From assembly GCA_040220235.1 (NCBI GenBank), contig JAVJTO010000024.1: DNA of 64,000 nt, one strand, 5' to 3'. Positions 48,527 to 58,200 of this stretch are shown one piece after another. The position numbers and the translations under genes were made by a program. A model generated the notes under the pieces. That model saw nothing but the letters and a program-made list of their open reading frames with translations, ran no database searches and was not told the origin of the DNA. Positions within the stretch are counted from its first letter, which is position 1; every line of letters starts with the position of its first letter. Source of the stretch: Coleofasciculus sp. B1-GNL1-01 (GTDB taxonomy: Bacteria; Cyanobacteriota; Cyanobacteriia; Cyanobacteriales; Coleofasciculaceae).

Positions 48527-48840
48527 CTGGGTGTCGGGTTTCTTACTTTTGGTCGGGATCTGGAAAACCTCTCTCCAAACTATAGTGTCTCTAACTGGGA
48601 GCCGTTGGTTAAGGTTGATATCGAGCAACAATGCCGGGTATCAGCCAAGCGCAAGCGTTAACGGTTATCGACCAAAAGTTACACCGTGGACTTATACTAA
48701 GACAGAATTACTTATAGGTAGGTTTGTCTAGGTTTTTAGAAGCGGTAGAGGAAATGCCTTATCCAGCAAGCTTTTGTTCCTATTCAATACCTTTTCCTGA
48801 TTACCATAAATACAGGAGAATCTCTTTTCAGGAGGTTAAG

Positions 48841-49461
48841 ATGGCTTTCAGTCGTTATAAAGATATCAGTTCAGTTCTCCAAGAATTTCAAATTACTTAC
48901 ACAGAAGCCAATTTCATGGGTGAAGTTGAGTTTAGGATATCTGACTATTTCCGAGACGATTTAGAAACTGTACTCCAAGATGGCGTTCCTAATGCTTCAG
49001 AATTCTCAATTTGCGAGAATCTAATTTATCCGGTTCTGAAAGAGGTGTGGAAATGCTATCGAAGTAAGTTTGTTCTATGGGGTCATCATTCACTGATCTA
49101 CGATGAAAACCTATCGGGATTTCCTGAGTATATTTTGGCGAAACGTTCTCCTTTAGGAAAAATTGTGTTTGACAAGCCTTACTTTTTATTGGTTGAAGCC
49201 AAACAAGATAAGTTTACTGAGGGGTGGGGTCAGTGTCTTGCGGAGATGGTGGCGGCGCAAAAACTTAACGATGAATTAGGATTTACGGTTTTTGGCATTG
49301 TCTCTAATGGTAAGTATTGGGAATTTGGTCAGTTAGAAAAAACATCATTTACACAAAATAATAATCGCTACTTACTTCAGGATTTGGATCAACTATTTGC
49401 GGCGGTCAACTATGTTTTTAAAGAATGTGAATCACAACTTGATGTAAAATTAACCGTTTAA
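48841..49461 (+). CDS. Hypothetical protein with a PD-(D/E)xK restriction-endonuclease-like motif
   Basis: AGGAGG RBS before ATG 48841; LVEAK, GWGQCLAEMVAAQ, GIVSNGKYWEF. Confidence 0.7.
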   Translation: MAFSRYKDISSVLQEFQITYTEANFMGEVEFRISDYFRDDLETVLQDGVPNASEFSICENLIYPVLKEVWKCYRSKFVLWGHHSLIYDENLSGFPEYILAKRSPLGKIVFDKPYFLLVEAKQDKFTEGWGQCLAEMVAAQKLNDELGFTVFGIVSNGKYWEFGQLEKTSFTQNNNRYLLQDLDQLFAAVNYVFKECESQLDVKLTV

Positions 49462-49605
49462 TTTTAACGGGGATTCAGCCTCTGGAGTATGATAAACAGA
49501 GGGTTAAAACTGTTGCAAGAAAGCCTATTTTCCTAAGCAAGATACCCGATTTCTTCAAGAAGTCGGGTATCTGTCTGTGTACCTCAGGTTTAACAGCGTT
49601 ATTTG

Positions 49606-49741
49606 TATAGCGCTACGCGCTAGGCTTTCTTGCAATAGGCAATAGGCAATAGACAATAGTGAAGAAAAAAGCTTACCTGACAAGGGATTGAGCAACTTGA
49701 ATTTTTCTTGATATGTCCTAACCTTAGTGCGTAGTGCTATA
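49606..49741. mobile_element. MITE-like element (TATAGC ends) containing GCAATAG heptamers; preceded by the palindrome GATACCCGATTTCTTCAAGAAGTCGGGTATC
   Basis: TATAGCGCTACGCGCTAGG / CCTTAGTGCGTAGTGCTATA; subterminal GTCCTAAC as in family B. Confidence 0.6.
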
Positions 49742-49782
49742 AAACCCTCCCCTACTACTGCCTTCGCGATCGCGTGAATGAA

Positions 49783-51108
49783 TTACCGGGAATTCATGCC
49801 AGGAATGCGACCATTGACATAGTAGTCTCGGGTTCCTTTAGCATTAAGGGCTTCCCCTAAACGATTCAACGCATGAACATAAGCGGCGGTTCGCAGGGAA
49901 ACCGCTAACTCTTTGGCAATTAACCAGATATGTTGGCTTTCTTCTACCATTTTCTGTTTCAAATTTTCATTCACTTTTGCCACTTTCCAATAGAGTCCAC
50001 TGCGGTTTTGTACCCATTCAAAATAGCTGACTGTCACCCCTCCCGCATTGACTAGAATATCGGGAAATACGAGAATTCCTTTGCTGTCTAAAACTTTATC
50101 CGCCTCTGAAGTAATCGGACCATTGGCAACTTCAAAGATATAGCGGGCGCGGACATCGTTAACATTATCCTGGGTAATTTGATTCTCCAACGCCGCCGGA
50201 ATCAGAATGTCTACATCTAAGGCTAAGAGTTCGGCATTAGTTAACCGTTCATGTTCAACAATATTACAAACGGTGTCTTGACAGTAAACCGCTTGCAGAC
50301 TTTGACTTGACATTTTATACTGGCGAATACTGGGAATATCTAAGCCTTTTTTGGAATAAATGCCGCCTTGAGAATCACTGATAGCAACAACTTTATACCC
50401 CGCTTTCGCCAGCAATTCTGCCAATACCGCCCCGGCTTTACCAAATCCCTGAATCGCGATTGTCGTGTATTGGGGAATTAGATCCAGTTTAGGTGCCATG
50501 GATTCAATCACAAAATAAGCCCCCGTCGCGGTTGCGCCATCGCGCCCCACACTTCCCCCCATGGTGATGGGTTTACCCGTGACGACAGCGGGACTAATTT
50601 GACGCCGGATGATACTATATTGATCCATCATCCACCCCATAATCATCGCGTTAGTGTAAACATCAGGGGCGAGAATATCCACATCCGGTCCAATAAAATC
50701 GGCGATCGCGTCAATGTAGCCGCGACTGAGGCGTTCGAGTTCCAGTTTGGATAATCCTTTGGGATTAACCGTAACTCCCCCCTTCGCACCACCAAACGGT
50801 AGATTTAGTACCGCACATTTAAATGTCATCCAAAAGGCGAGGGATTGAACTTCATCCAGAGTAACGTTGGGATGATAGCGTACACCGCCTTTTCCGGGTC
50901 CCCTGGTGTCATCATATCGAACTCGATATCCTTGTACCATGGTTAATGAGCCATCATCCATGCGAACCGGGATGGACACACTCAGGCTCATTTTGGGATG
51001 CTTTAAACGTGCGATCGCATCTTCGGAAATCGAGACATGTTTCATCGCCGCTTGCAATCGGGTGCCAGCATCCGCTAATAATGAATCAGACATTCCATTG
51101 TTCCTCAT
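49783..51108 (-). CDS. gdhA: Glu/Leu/Phe/Val dehydrogenase (glutamate dehydrogenase)
   Basis: GPGKGGVRYHP, MTFKCA, GGAKGG, APDV, VTGKP, IQGFG, NAGGVTVSYFEW. Confidence 0.93.
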   Translation of the reverse strand: MRNNGMSDSLLADAGTRLQAAMKHVSISEDAIARLKHPKMSLSVSIPVRMDDGSLTMVQGYRVRYDDTRGPGKGGVRYHPNVTLDEVQSLAFWMTFKCAVLNLPFGGAKGGVTVNPKGLSKLELERLSRGYIDAIADFIGPDVDILAPDVYTNAMIMGWMMDQYSIIRRQISPAVVTGKPITMGGSVGRDGATATGAYFVIESMAPKLDLIPQYTTIAIQGFGKAGAVLAELLAKAGYKVVAISDSQGGIYSKKGLDIPSIRQYKMSSQSLQAVYCQDTVCNIVEHERLTNAELLALDVDILIPAALENQITQDNVNDVRARYIFEVANGPITSEADKVLDSKGILVFPDILVNAGGVTVSYFEWVQNRSGLYWKVAKVNENLKQKMVEESQHIWLIAKELAVSLRTAAYVHALNRLGEALNAKGTRDYYVNGRIPGMNSR

Positions 51109-51422
51109 AAAGATAAGGGATTAAACTAAAATTAAAGAGAATTTCATCGCAAGACAAATCGCCCCCTGGGATTGGGATTGAACCAGGAAACTTAATCACC
51201 AGCACAGCTTGCTTGGCGATTCAAGTCCCTAATGTCCAGACTCCAGCGCCAGTTAAGTAATTTTGGGTTTGAATTAAGCAAAACTTATATATAGGCGCGA
51301 TCGCGCTTATCGATGAATAAAACAACGGCTTCATCTCTCCTTGATCTAGAAAAGATTAAAGTCGGTGCGATTTGCCCTTACTACGATTATTTCACGGGAG
51401 TTGATTAAATTGTCAATAACGT

Positions 51423-51436
51423 GTAGTTTTCGTTAC
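51423..51436. promoter_or_regulatory. Putative NtcA-binding site upstream of gdhA
   Basis: GTA-GTTTTCGT-TAC (GTA N8 TAC); TTGACA nearby on the minus strand. Confidence 0.4.
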
Positions 51437-51481
51437 TTTTTTAACATAAAGTTTACATTTCGCTTGTAGATGCGCTTGTAG

Positions 51482-51652
51482 TTGCGCTTGTAGTTGCGCT
51501 TTAGCGCCGATATAACGTTGAGGTTAGATCCTACATTGAAGTAGTGATAGGCTAAAGCCCTTACTACAAACTCTAACCTTGCACAGTTAAATCATACAAC
51601 TGTTAGATCCTACGTTGAAGCGATGAGTAGGCTAAAGCCCTTACTACAAACT
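51482..51652. repeat. ~170-bp REP-containing direct repeat, left copy
   Basis: Aligns end to end with 52254-52423; contains TTGTAGTTGCGCTTTAGCGC and two GGCTAAAGCCCTTACTACAAA. Confidence 0.9.
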
Positions 51653-52243
51653 AAACTTATCCCACTCTTTCCCGTAATCTTGAACAGGAAATCCAACCCA
51701 ACACTGTCTCAACCACTCTCGCCCCCTTTCCTGCAAATACCAGTGAACACTACTTGTGTCCCAATCATAGGGAGATTCAACATAATTATGTTTCACCGGA
51801 TTGTAGTGGATATAGTTTAAAGTAGCATAATAATGACGTTGCGAACGAATCGCGCGATCGCAGTAAGAATACCAAACTTTTCCCCTTAACTTATCTTCTA
51901 GATTCCACTGACGAGCCAGTCTACCATGAATCAGGCGGAAAATACCACTCACCCGCTTAAACTCAACGGTATTGACTAATACATGATAATGATTAGTTAA
52001 AATGACCCAAGCGAGGATTTCAATACCTGCGTCTAGGAAATTCTTAAATAATTGGTCTAAAAGTTCCTGACGACGAGAGATACTATTGATACGGGGTTTG
52101 TGTTCGTAGCAAGCCGCCGTTAGCAGGTAGAAATCTTTATTTTGAAAAGGATGGGGAGGAGAATGAGGAGGAAAGCCTTGAAGTTTACGGTATTCAAGGA
52201 TTTCAGCTTTTTGGATGGGAGTAAGGTAGCGATAGTTGTACAT
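51644..52243 (-). mobile_element. REP-associated tyrosine transposase (RAYT, Y1 HUH); likely start ATG 52243
   Basis: YLLTAAC, AWVILTNHYHVL (HUH), DRAIRS, YIHYNPVKH (catalytic Tyr, NPVK), DWDTSS. Confidence 0.88.
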
Positions 52244-52253
52244 AAGTTTGTCC

Positions 52254-52423
52254 TTGCGCTTGTAGTTGCGCTTTAGCGCCAATATAACGTTGAGGTTAGT
52301 TCCTACGTTGACACGCTGATAGGCTAGAGCTTTGACTACAAACTCTAACCTTGCACAGTTAAATTATACAACTGTTAGTTCCTACGTTGACGCGCTGATA
52401 GGCTAAAGCCCTTACTACAAACT
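52254..52423. repeat. ~170-bp REP-containing direct repeat, right copy
   Basis: See the left copy; followed by extra ACTACAA units. Confidence 0.9.
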
Positions 52424-52498
52424 ACAAACTACAAACAGGACGACTAAACACTGGTGAATAGTCGCCCGGATAACTTTTTGGGGGGCTTTCAGGTGCGT

Positions 52499-52861
52499 TT
52501 AATCAGTGTTTTTTAGCCCTTCAATCATGTCTTTCACTTTTTCAAACACGTTCTTATCAGGCTGAGATTCTTCATACTTTTCCTTTTCCTCTTCGTAAAG
52601 TTTTTCCACTCCTTTTTGCGGATCTTTCGACAGTGCTTCTGTGGCTTCTTCGTAGGCTTCTTCTTTCTCTTGCTGTGACAATCCTAATTCGGTCTTTTCT
52701 GTTTTTGGTGGAGTTGTCAAGGGTGTATCAGAGTCAGCTAACGCGGCTTGATTGCTCAGGAGTAATAAACCCCCTAGATTGATTAAAGTAATTAAACTTA
52801 AAGCCCAAAGCATTTTGCCAATCCGTTGCTGAAAATTGATTAAAAATTGTAACATTGCCAT
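52499..52861 (-). CDS. Hypothetical secreted/membrane-anchored acidic protein
   Basis: AAGGAG RBS, hydrophobic N-terminal segment ending ALA, charged helical C-terminus. Confidence 0.75.
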   Translation of the reverse strand: MAMLQFLINFQQRIGKMLWALSLITLINLGGLLLLSNQAALADSDTPLTTPPKTEKTELGLSQQEKEEAYEEATEALSKDPQKGVEKLYEEEKEKYEESQPDKNVFEKVKDMIEGLKNTD

Positions 52862-53048
52862 CTCCTTTTAAGTGTAAAACCGAAATTAGCTTGAGATGCT
52901 AATCATAGCTGCTAATGATAACCTTAGCTTCTGCCCATGGATAGATATACTAATTTTATCATCGCCGCCAATCCTCAAATTAAGCAATCATTACTGGCTA
53001 GGCTTGCTTGACTCGCTAACCCCATCCTAGCCATTGAATTATTACTTA

Positions 53049-53864
53049 TTATTTATGAATGTCTATTAATCCAGTTGAGAGCATTTTTTTTAACTCCTGA
53101 TTGAGCGCCTGATACCCTCTAGGATTGATATGTAACGTATCGTAAACGTACTGGCTTTTAACCTGCTGATCCTCTACCAAAAGTGAATAGGCATCTAAAA
53201 TGAAGACATTTTTGGCTTTTAGCGAGTAGAGGTAAGCATTGACATCCTCAACGGCTTTGGCGACATCAGGTGACCAAAACGGTTGACGAATCAGGGGAAC
53301 CGGACCAATGGGGAAAATGGTGGTTAAAATAACGGTGGCATCCTGTTTGACTGCACGATCGACAATCTTGTGAATATTCGTCTTACAGTTACTAACAATG
53401 GTGGATTTTTGCTTAGGGAATAGTGGGATCGTTTTCAAATCGTTAATCCCAACTTGCACAACGATAATATCGGGATGTAAGGGTAAAATATGTTGATCAA
53501 AACGTCCCAATACCTGAGTAGACGTTTGACTGCCAATGCCACGATTGATAAAAGAAACATTGTTAATATTGTCTGGCTCAACCCACATTGCTGCTCGCGA
53601 GTCACCAAAGAAGACAACGGTTACTGGAGAGTGAGTCGAGGAACGATCAGCTAACGAATCCCCACTCAAGGTTTGTAATCCGAGGGGATCGAGATTGGTT
53701 TTGTTCAGTTGTAGGTAGTACGATTTGGCTTGGGAGAAGAGGAAAAGATTGACAACCAGTGATACAACTAATGCGGACAGAGCGAAGAACAACACCAACT
53801 GAAATAAACGTTTTTGTTTCTGCAGTTTGTAAATGTATTGGTTTCGATTATGCTCCGGTAACAC
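53049..53864 (-). CDS. SGNH/GDSL hydrolase with an N-terminal TM anchor
   Basis: FFGDSRA, NRGIGSQT, VGINDL, DTLHIN. Confidence 0.92.
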   Translation of the reverse strand: MLPEHNRNQYIYKLQKQKRLFQLVLFFALSALVVSLVVNLFLFSQAKSYYLQLNKTNLDPLGLQTLSGDSLADRSSTHSPVTVVFFGDSRAAMWVEPDNINNVSFINRGIGSQTSTQVLGRFDQHILPLHPDIIVVQVGINDLKTIPLFPKQKSTIVSNCKTNIHKIVDRAVKQDATVILTTIFPIGPVPLIRQPFWSPDVAKAVEDVNAYLYSLKAKNVFILDAYSLLVEDQQVKSQYVYDTLHINPRGYQALNQELKKMLSTGLIDIHK

Positions 53865-54000
53865 GCCAGAATTTCAACTCCTTTGCTTGTAAAATTCACC
53901 TCAATACGACCCCATACTGAATGGATGATAATTTCAGTCAGGCTTAACTATTAAGCTTGATTTTAATTAATAAATTAAGCTTACGTGAATGGGATTAAAA

Positions 54001-54432
54001 TTAAGTGCATGATAGCTCATCAGAGGGTTGGATTGACTCGAAAGTCATCAGAATCTCTTTAGGAATTCCCCGTGGGCGCATCGTAACCCCATCCACCCAC
54101 ACCCAGATTGCTTCGGCAATGACTAAGGGTTGCACTTCTCCCAATCGATGAATTTCATAGCGTCTAATCGCCCGGGTTCCTTTCATCTGCTGTAGCCAAG
54201 TGGTGATTTCTAGGGTATCATCTGCCATTGCTGGACGCAGATAGTCGATCGCAATCCGACGCATGACAAACACACCTCCTAAATTTCGGCATTGTGCCAA
54301 AGAGTAACCCAGGAGTTGGGCGTGTTCCACGGCGGCTTGTTCAAGATAATTCTGGTAAACACCATTGTTGACATGTCCGAGGACATCAATTTCATAATGC
54401 CGCACCCGCAATTGCCTGGTATAGATTTGCAT
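54001..54432 (-). CDS. Acyl-CoA thioesterase (4HBT/YbgC-like)
   Basis: EIDVLGHVNNGVY, IDYLRPA. Confidence 0.92.
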   Translation of the reverse strand: MQIYTRQLRVRHYEIDVLGHVNNGVYQNYLEQAAVEHAQLLGYSLAQCRNLGGVFVMRRIAIDYLRPAMADDTLEITTWLQQMKGTRAIRRYEIHRLGEVQPLVIAEAIWVWVDGVTMRPRGIPKEILMTFESIQPSDELSCT

Positions 54433-55270
54433 GGGCTTTCACTGTCGTTGAGATGCTCAGGGTTGAGGATACGCGCTTTGGCGAGTCCCTAGCTAAGTTA
54501 GCATACTGACAACTCTGGCACAGCGACGTCTATGACTGTCTTGATTTAGCCCAGATAGCGCCACCGAGTATTTCAATAGCGTGCTTGATCGTTTATTATA
54601 GAAAATAAGCTGTTCTATTTTTTCTCACCTTGCCATTAACCTGGAGGAATCATTAATAAAGGAATTCTGAACTGGGTAGCGGCAAAATAGCTGAATGTCT
54701 AGAACACTACTAATCACTTTCAGTCAGATTAGGCACAATCAAGAGACGGCTTGCCACTCTCGATTTTTGTTGCTTCATTGAGTGGTCAATTCCTCTAGGA
54801 GAACTACAAAATATTTGACTTTTTTGCCATTTAATGCTGATGTTAGAATTTATTGATTTCCTAATCAATACGTAAATTTTTTTTAATTTTTTTGCAGTTT
54901 AGCCCGACAAATCAGGAAAAGCTACGCAGAGCTTTGCAGTCTAGTTGTGGGTAGATAAACTAGTTAAGTGTTCAACTCTATGCATGGCAGATATAACCGA
55001 CCCGCTTTTGCAACAGGGATGTTTCTAAAGTCAGAAAAAATCGTAACTTTGACTCTGGGATATGGGGAGGAAAACTGTCACGGCATTACCTTAGTACCGC
55101 ACGATCTTGAACGTCACACGTCAAAAGCATTTTGCCATGACTCGGTTCACTGATTTGAATAGTCGGTTTTTCTGGCGTCCGCGTGTACTACCCTGAATCC
55201 TTATGTTCAGTCCCTTTATCGTTATCGCTGACTGAAATAAGCCCAAGTTTCTCCGCTCGGTAGAGTTTGT

Positions 55271-58200
55271 ATGTTTCCCTTTTTCAATCGACTGTTAATC
55301 GATGGGTTGATTCATTGGTGTAATGTAGCTGGCTGGCTTTTTGATTTCAGCCCAATTCGCCCAGTGCTAATCTATGGCGGTGTCTTTGCTGTCATGGGGT
55401 TATTGGCTATAGGTTTAGTCGGCTTAAGACAAACTCGACGAAAAAGAAATGCGACCGCTTTTGCCAATTCCCCAGAACAGTTGACTAAAACAATACCAAC
55501 CGACTTCGCCCTATTGTTTCAAGCGATTCCTCAGGCGGTAGTTGTTACGGATACAGACGGTTTTATCGTTAAGGTTAACTCCGCGTTTAATCAGCTTTTT
55601 GGGTATCAACCAGAAGCCTTAGTGGGACAACCCTTATCGCAGTTATATGCGAATCCTGAGGAGTTTGATCCACAGACGATGAATCCGGATTCGGCGGATT
55701 TCAATCAGTCCAAAGTGATAAACTATCAACGCCAAACCGGGAATAGTTTTAGCAGCGAAACCCTTAATAGTGTCGTTAAAGATAGAGACGGAAACGTTGT
55801 GGGAATTCTCTGGCTGATTCGCGATATTAGCGATCGCCAGCAAACCGAACTCGCCCTACAAGCCAGTGATGAGCGCTTAAACCTGCTGATTGACGGGATC
55901 AAAGACTATGCGATTTACCTGCTTGATACTGAAGGTAAGATTGTTAGCTGGAATGCAGGCGCTCAACGTCTGAAAGGGTATTCAGCATCCGAGATCATTG
56001 GTCAATCTTATCAGTGTTTTTTCCTCAAGGACGATCAAGAAAGCGGTAAACCCGAACAATCCTTAAAAATTGCCGCCGAAACGGGTCGATTTGAGGATGA
56101 AGGGTGGCGCATTCGGCGGGATGGTTCCCAGTTTTGGTGTACAACGATTATTACGGCGCTGCGCGATGAAACAGGATACTTGCGGGGGTTTGCCAAAGTC
56201 ACCCGCAACATTACCGAATCCAAGCAGACTGAGGTGCGCTTACAACTGTTGGAACGGGCGATCGCAGCCAGTAGTAATGGTATCCTGATTACTGATCCAA
56301 ATGTACCCGATAATCCGATTATTTTCGTCAATCCCGGCTTTGAGCGAATTACTGGTTATTCAGCTCAAGAGGTTTTGGGAAAAAACTGTCGCTTCTTACA
56401 AGGAGATAATCAGCAACAACCTGGCTTAGATAAACTAAAAGCGGCACTAAAAAACGAACAAGACTGTCACGTCATCCTGCAAAACACTCGCAAAGACGGG
56501 ACACGCTTCTGGAATGAATTGTCCATTTCCCCCATCCGCGATCACAATGGCAAACTCACCCACTATATTGGCATTCAAACTGATATTAGTGAACGTCGCC
56601 AAGCCGAACAAGAACGCGATCGCATCTTTGACCTGTCCGTTGATATGCTTTGTATTGCGGGGTTTGATGGCTATTTTAGACGCCTGAATCCCGCCTGGGA
56701 AAAAACTCTGGGATGGAGTGAAGCTGAACTCTTAGCCCAACCTTATCTAGAATTGGTTCATCCCGATGATCACGCCGCGACTCTGGCGGAAGCTGAACAA
56801 CTGACAAGGGGGAAAGATTCCATCGCCTTTGAAAATCGCTATCGCTGTCGCGATGGTTCCTATCGCTGGCTGTTGTGGAATGCGAAAGCTTTAGTTGAAG
56901 AAGGATTAATCTATTGTGTGGCTCATGACGTAACTGAACGCAAGCAAGCCGAAGCCGCCTTACGGGAAAGTGAAGCCCGTTTCCGGGCGATGGCAGATAG
57001 TGCGCCTGTACTGTTGTGGGTGGCGGGAACCGATGGACGTTGTACGTTTTTCAACCGCCCCTGGTTGGACTTTACCGGACGCCGTTTAGAGGATGAACTG
57101 GGCGAGGGATGGCTAGAGGCGGTACATCCAGAAGACAAGGAGAATTGCCGACAAACCTATACTCATGCCTTTAACCGTCGCCAAGCCTTTCGCATGGAAT
57201 ACCGACTGCGACGCGCTGATGGGGAATACCGTTGGTTCTTAGATACAGGTGTACCTCGGTTTGGCACGGATGGTAGTTTTCTCGGTTATATCGGTTCTTG
57301 TATCGATATCACAGATGTAAAAGAAAGTCAAGCTGCTCTGGAATATTCCCAATCCCTGCTATCGGGGGTATTAAATAGTTCCCTGGATGGGGTGATGGCA
57401 TTTGAGGCGGTTCGCGATCGCCAAGGGACTATTATTGATTTTAAATGGTTGCTCGTCAATCCGGCTGCCGAACGCATGGTGGGACGAACGAGTGAGGAAC
57501 TCATTGGTAAGCAGTTACTCATGGAAATGCCGGGAAATCGCCAGGAAGGGCTGTTTGATTTCTATGTTCAGGTAACCGAAACAGGGATTCCGCTTGAGCG
57601 AGAATTTCATTACCACCACGAAGGAATTCAGGCTTGGTTTCAAATCGCCGCCGTCAAATTAGGGGACGGGTTTGCCGTTACCTTTGGTAATATCACCCAT
57701 CGCAAACAAGCCGAGGACGCTTTATATCAGAAAAACTCAGAACTGCAAGCGATTTTTAACGCCCTTCCGGATTTGTATTTTCGCTTGAGTCAAGATGGAA
57801 CGATTCTCGATTATCAAGCTACCAATCGGGGTGAATTATACGTTCCGCCAGAACAGTTTTTGGGACAGCCAGTACACAATGTTCTCCCTGCTGATGTGAG
57901 TGATAAAATTCAGGGGGCGATCGCGCAGGTGATTCAGCGCCAATCCCCAGTGAGTCTGGACTATTCCTTATCCTTAGAGACAGGGGAGCAAAACTATGAA
58001 GCCCGACTCGTGCCATTTTTGGACAATCAAATTATTGGCATTATCCGGAATATTACCGAGCGCAAACAGATTGAGCAACAACAGCGCCAAGACGAAGCCG
58101 CGATTCGGGCTTTATATCGAGTGGCTGCTGCACCCAAACTCACGTTTGAGCAACGTCTACAAGGACTCTTAGCCTTGGGGCGGCGTCATTTTGGTCACGA

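Noticed and set aside
48495..48731. 78-aa ORF
   Set aside because: Starts inside a MITE with a non-ATG start and has no motif
51160..51255. tRNA-like gene (GGTTCAATCCC on the minus strand)
   Set aside because: No cloverleaf with D-arm and acceptor stem could be built
51482..52423. Mini CRISPR array around a small nuclease gene
   Set aside because: The intervening segments are duplicated rather than unique, the units have REP structure, and the enclosed gene is a HUH/Y1 transposase
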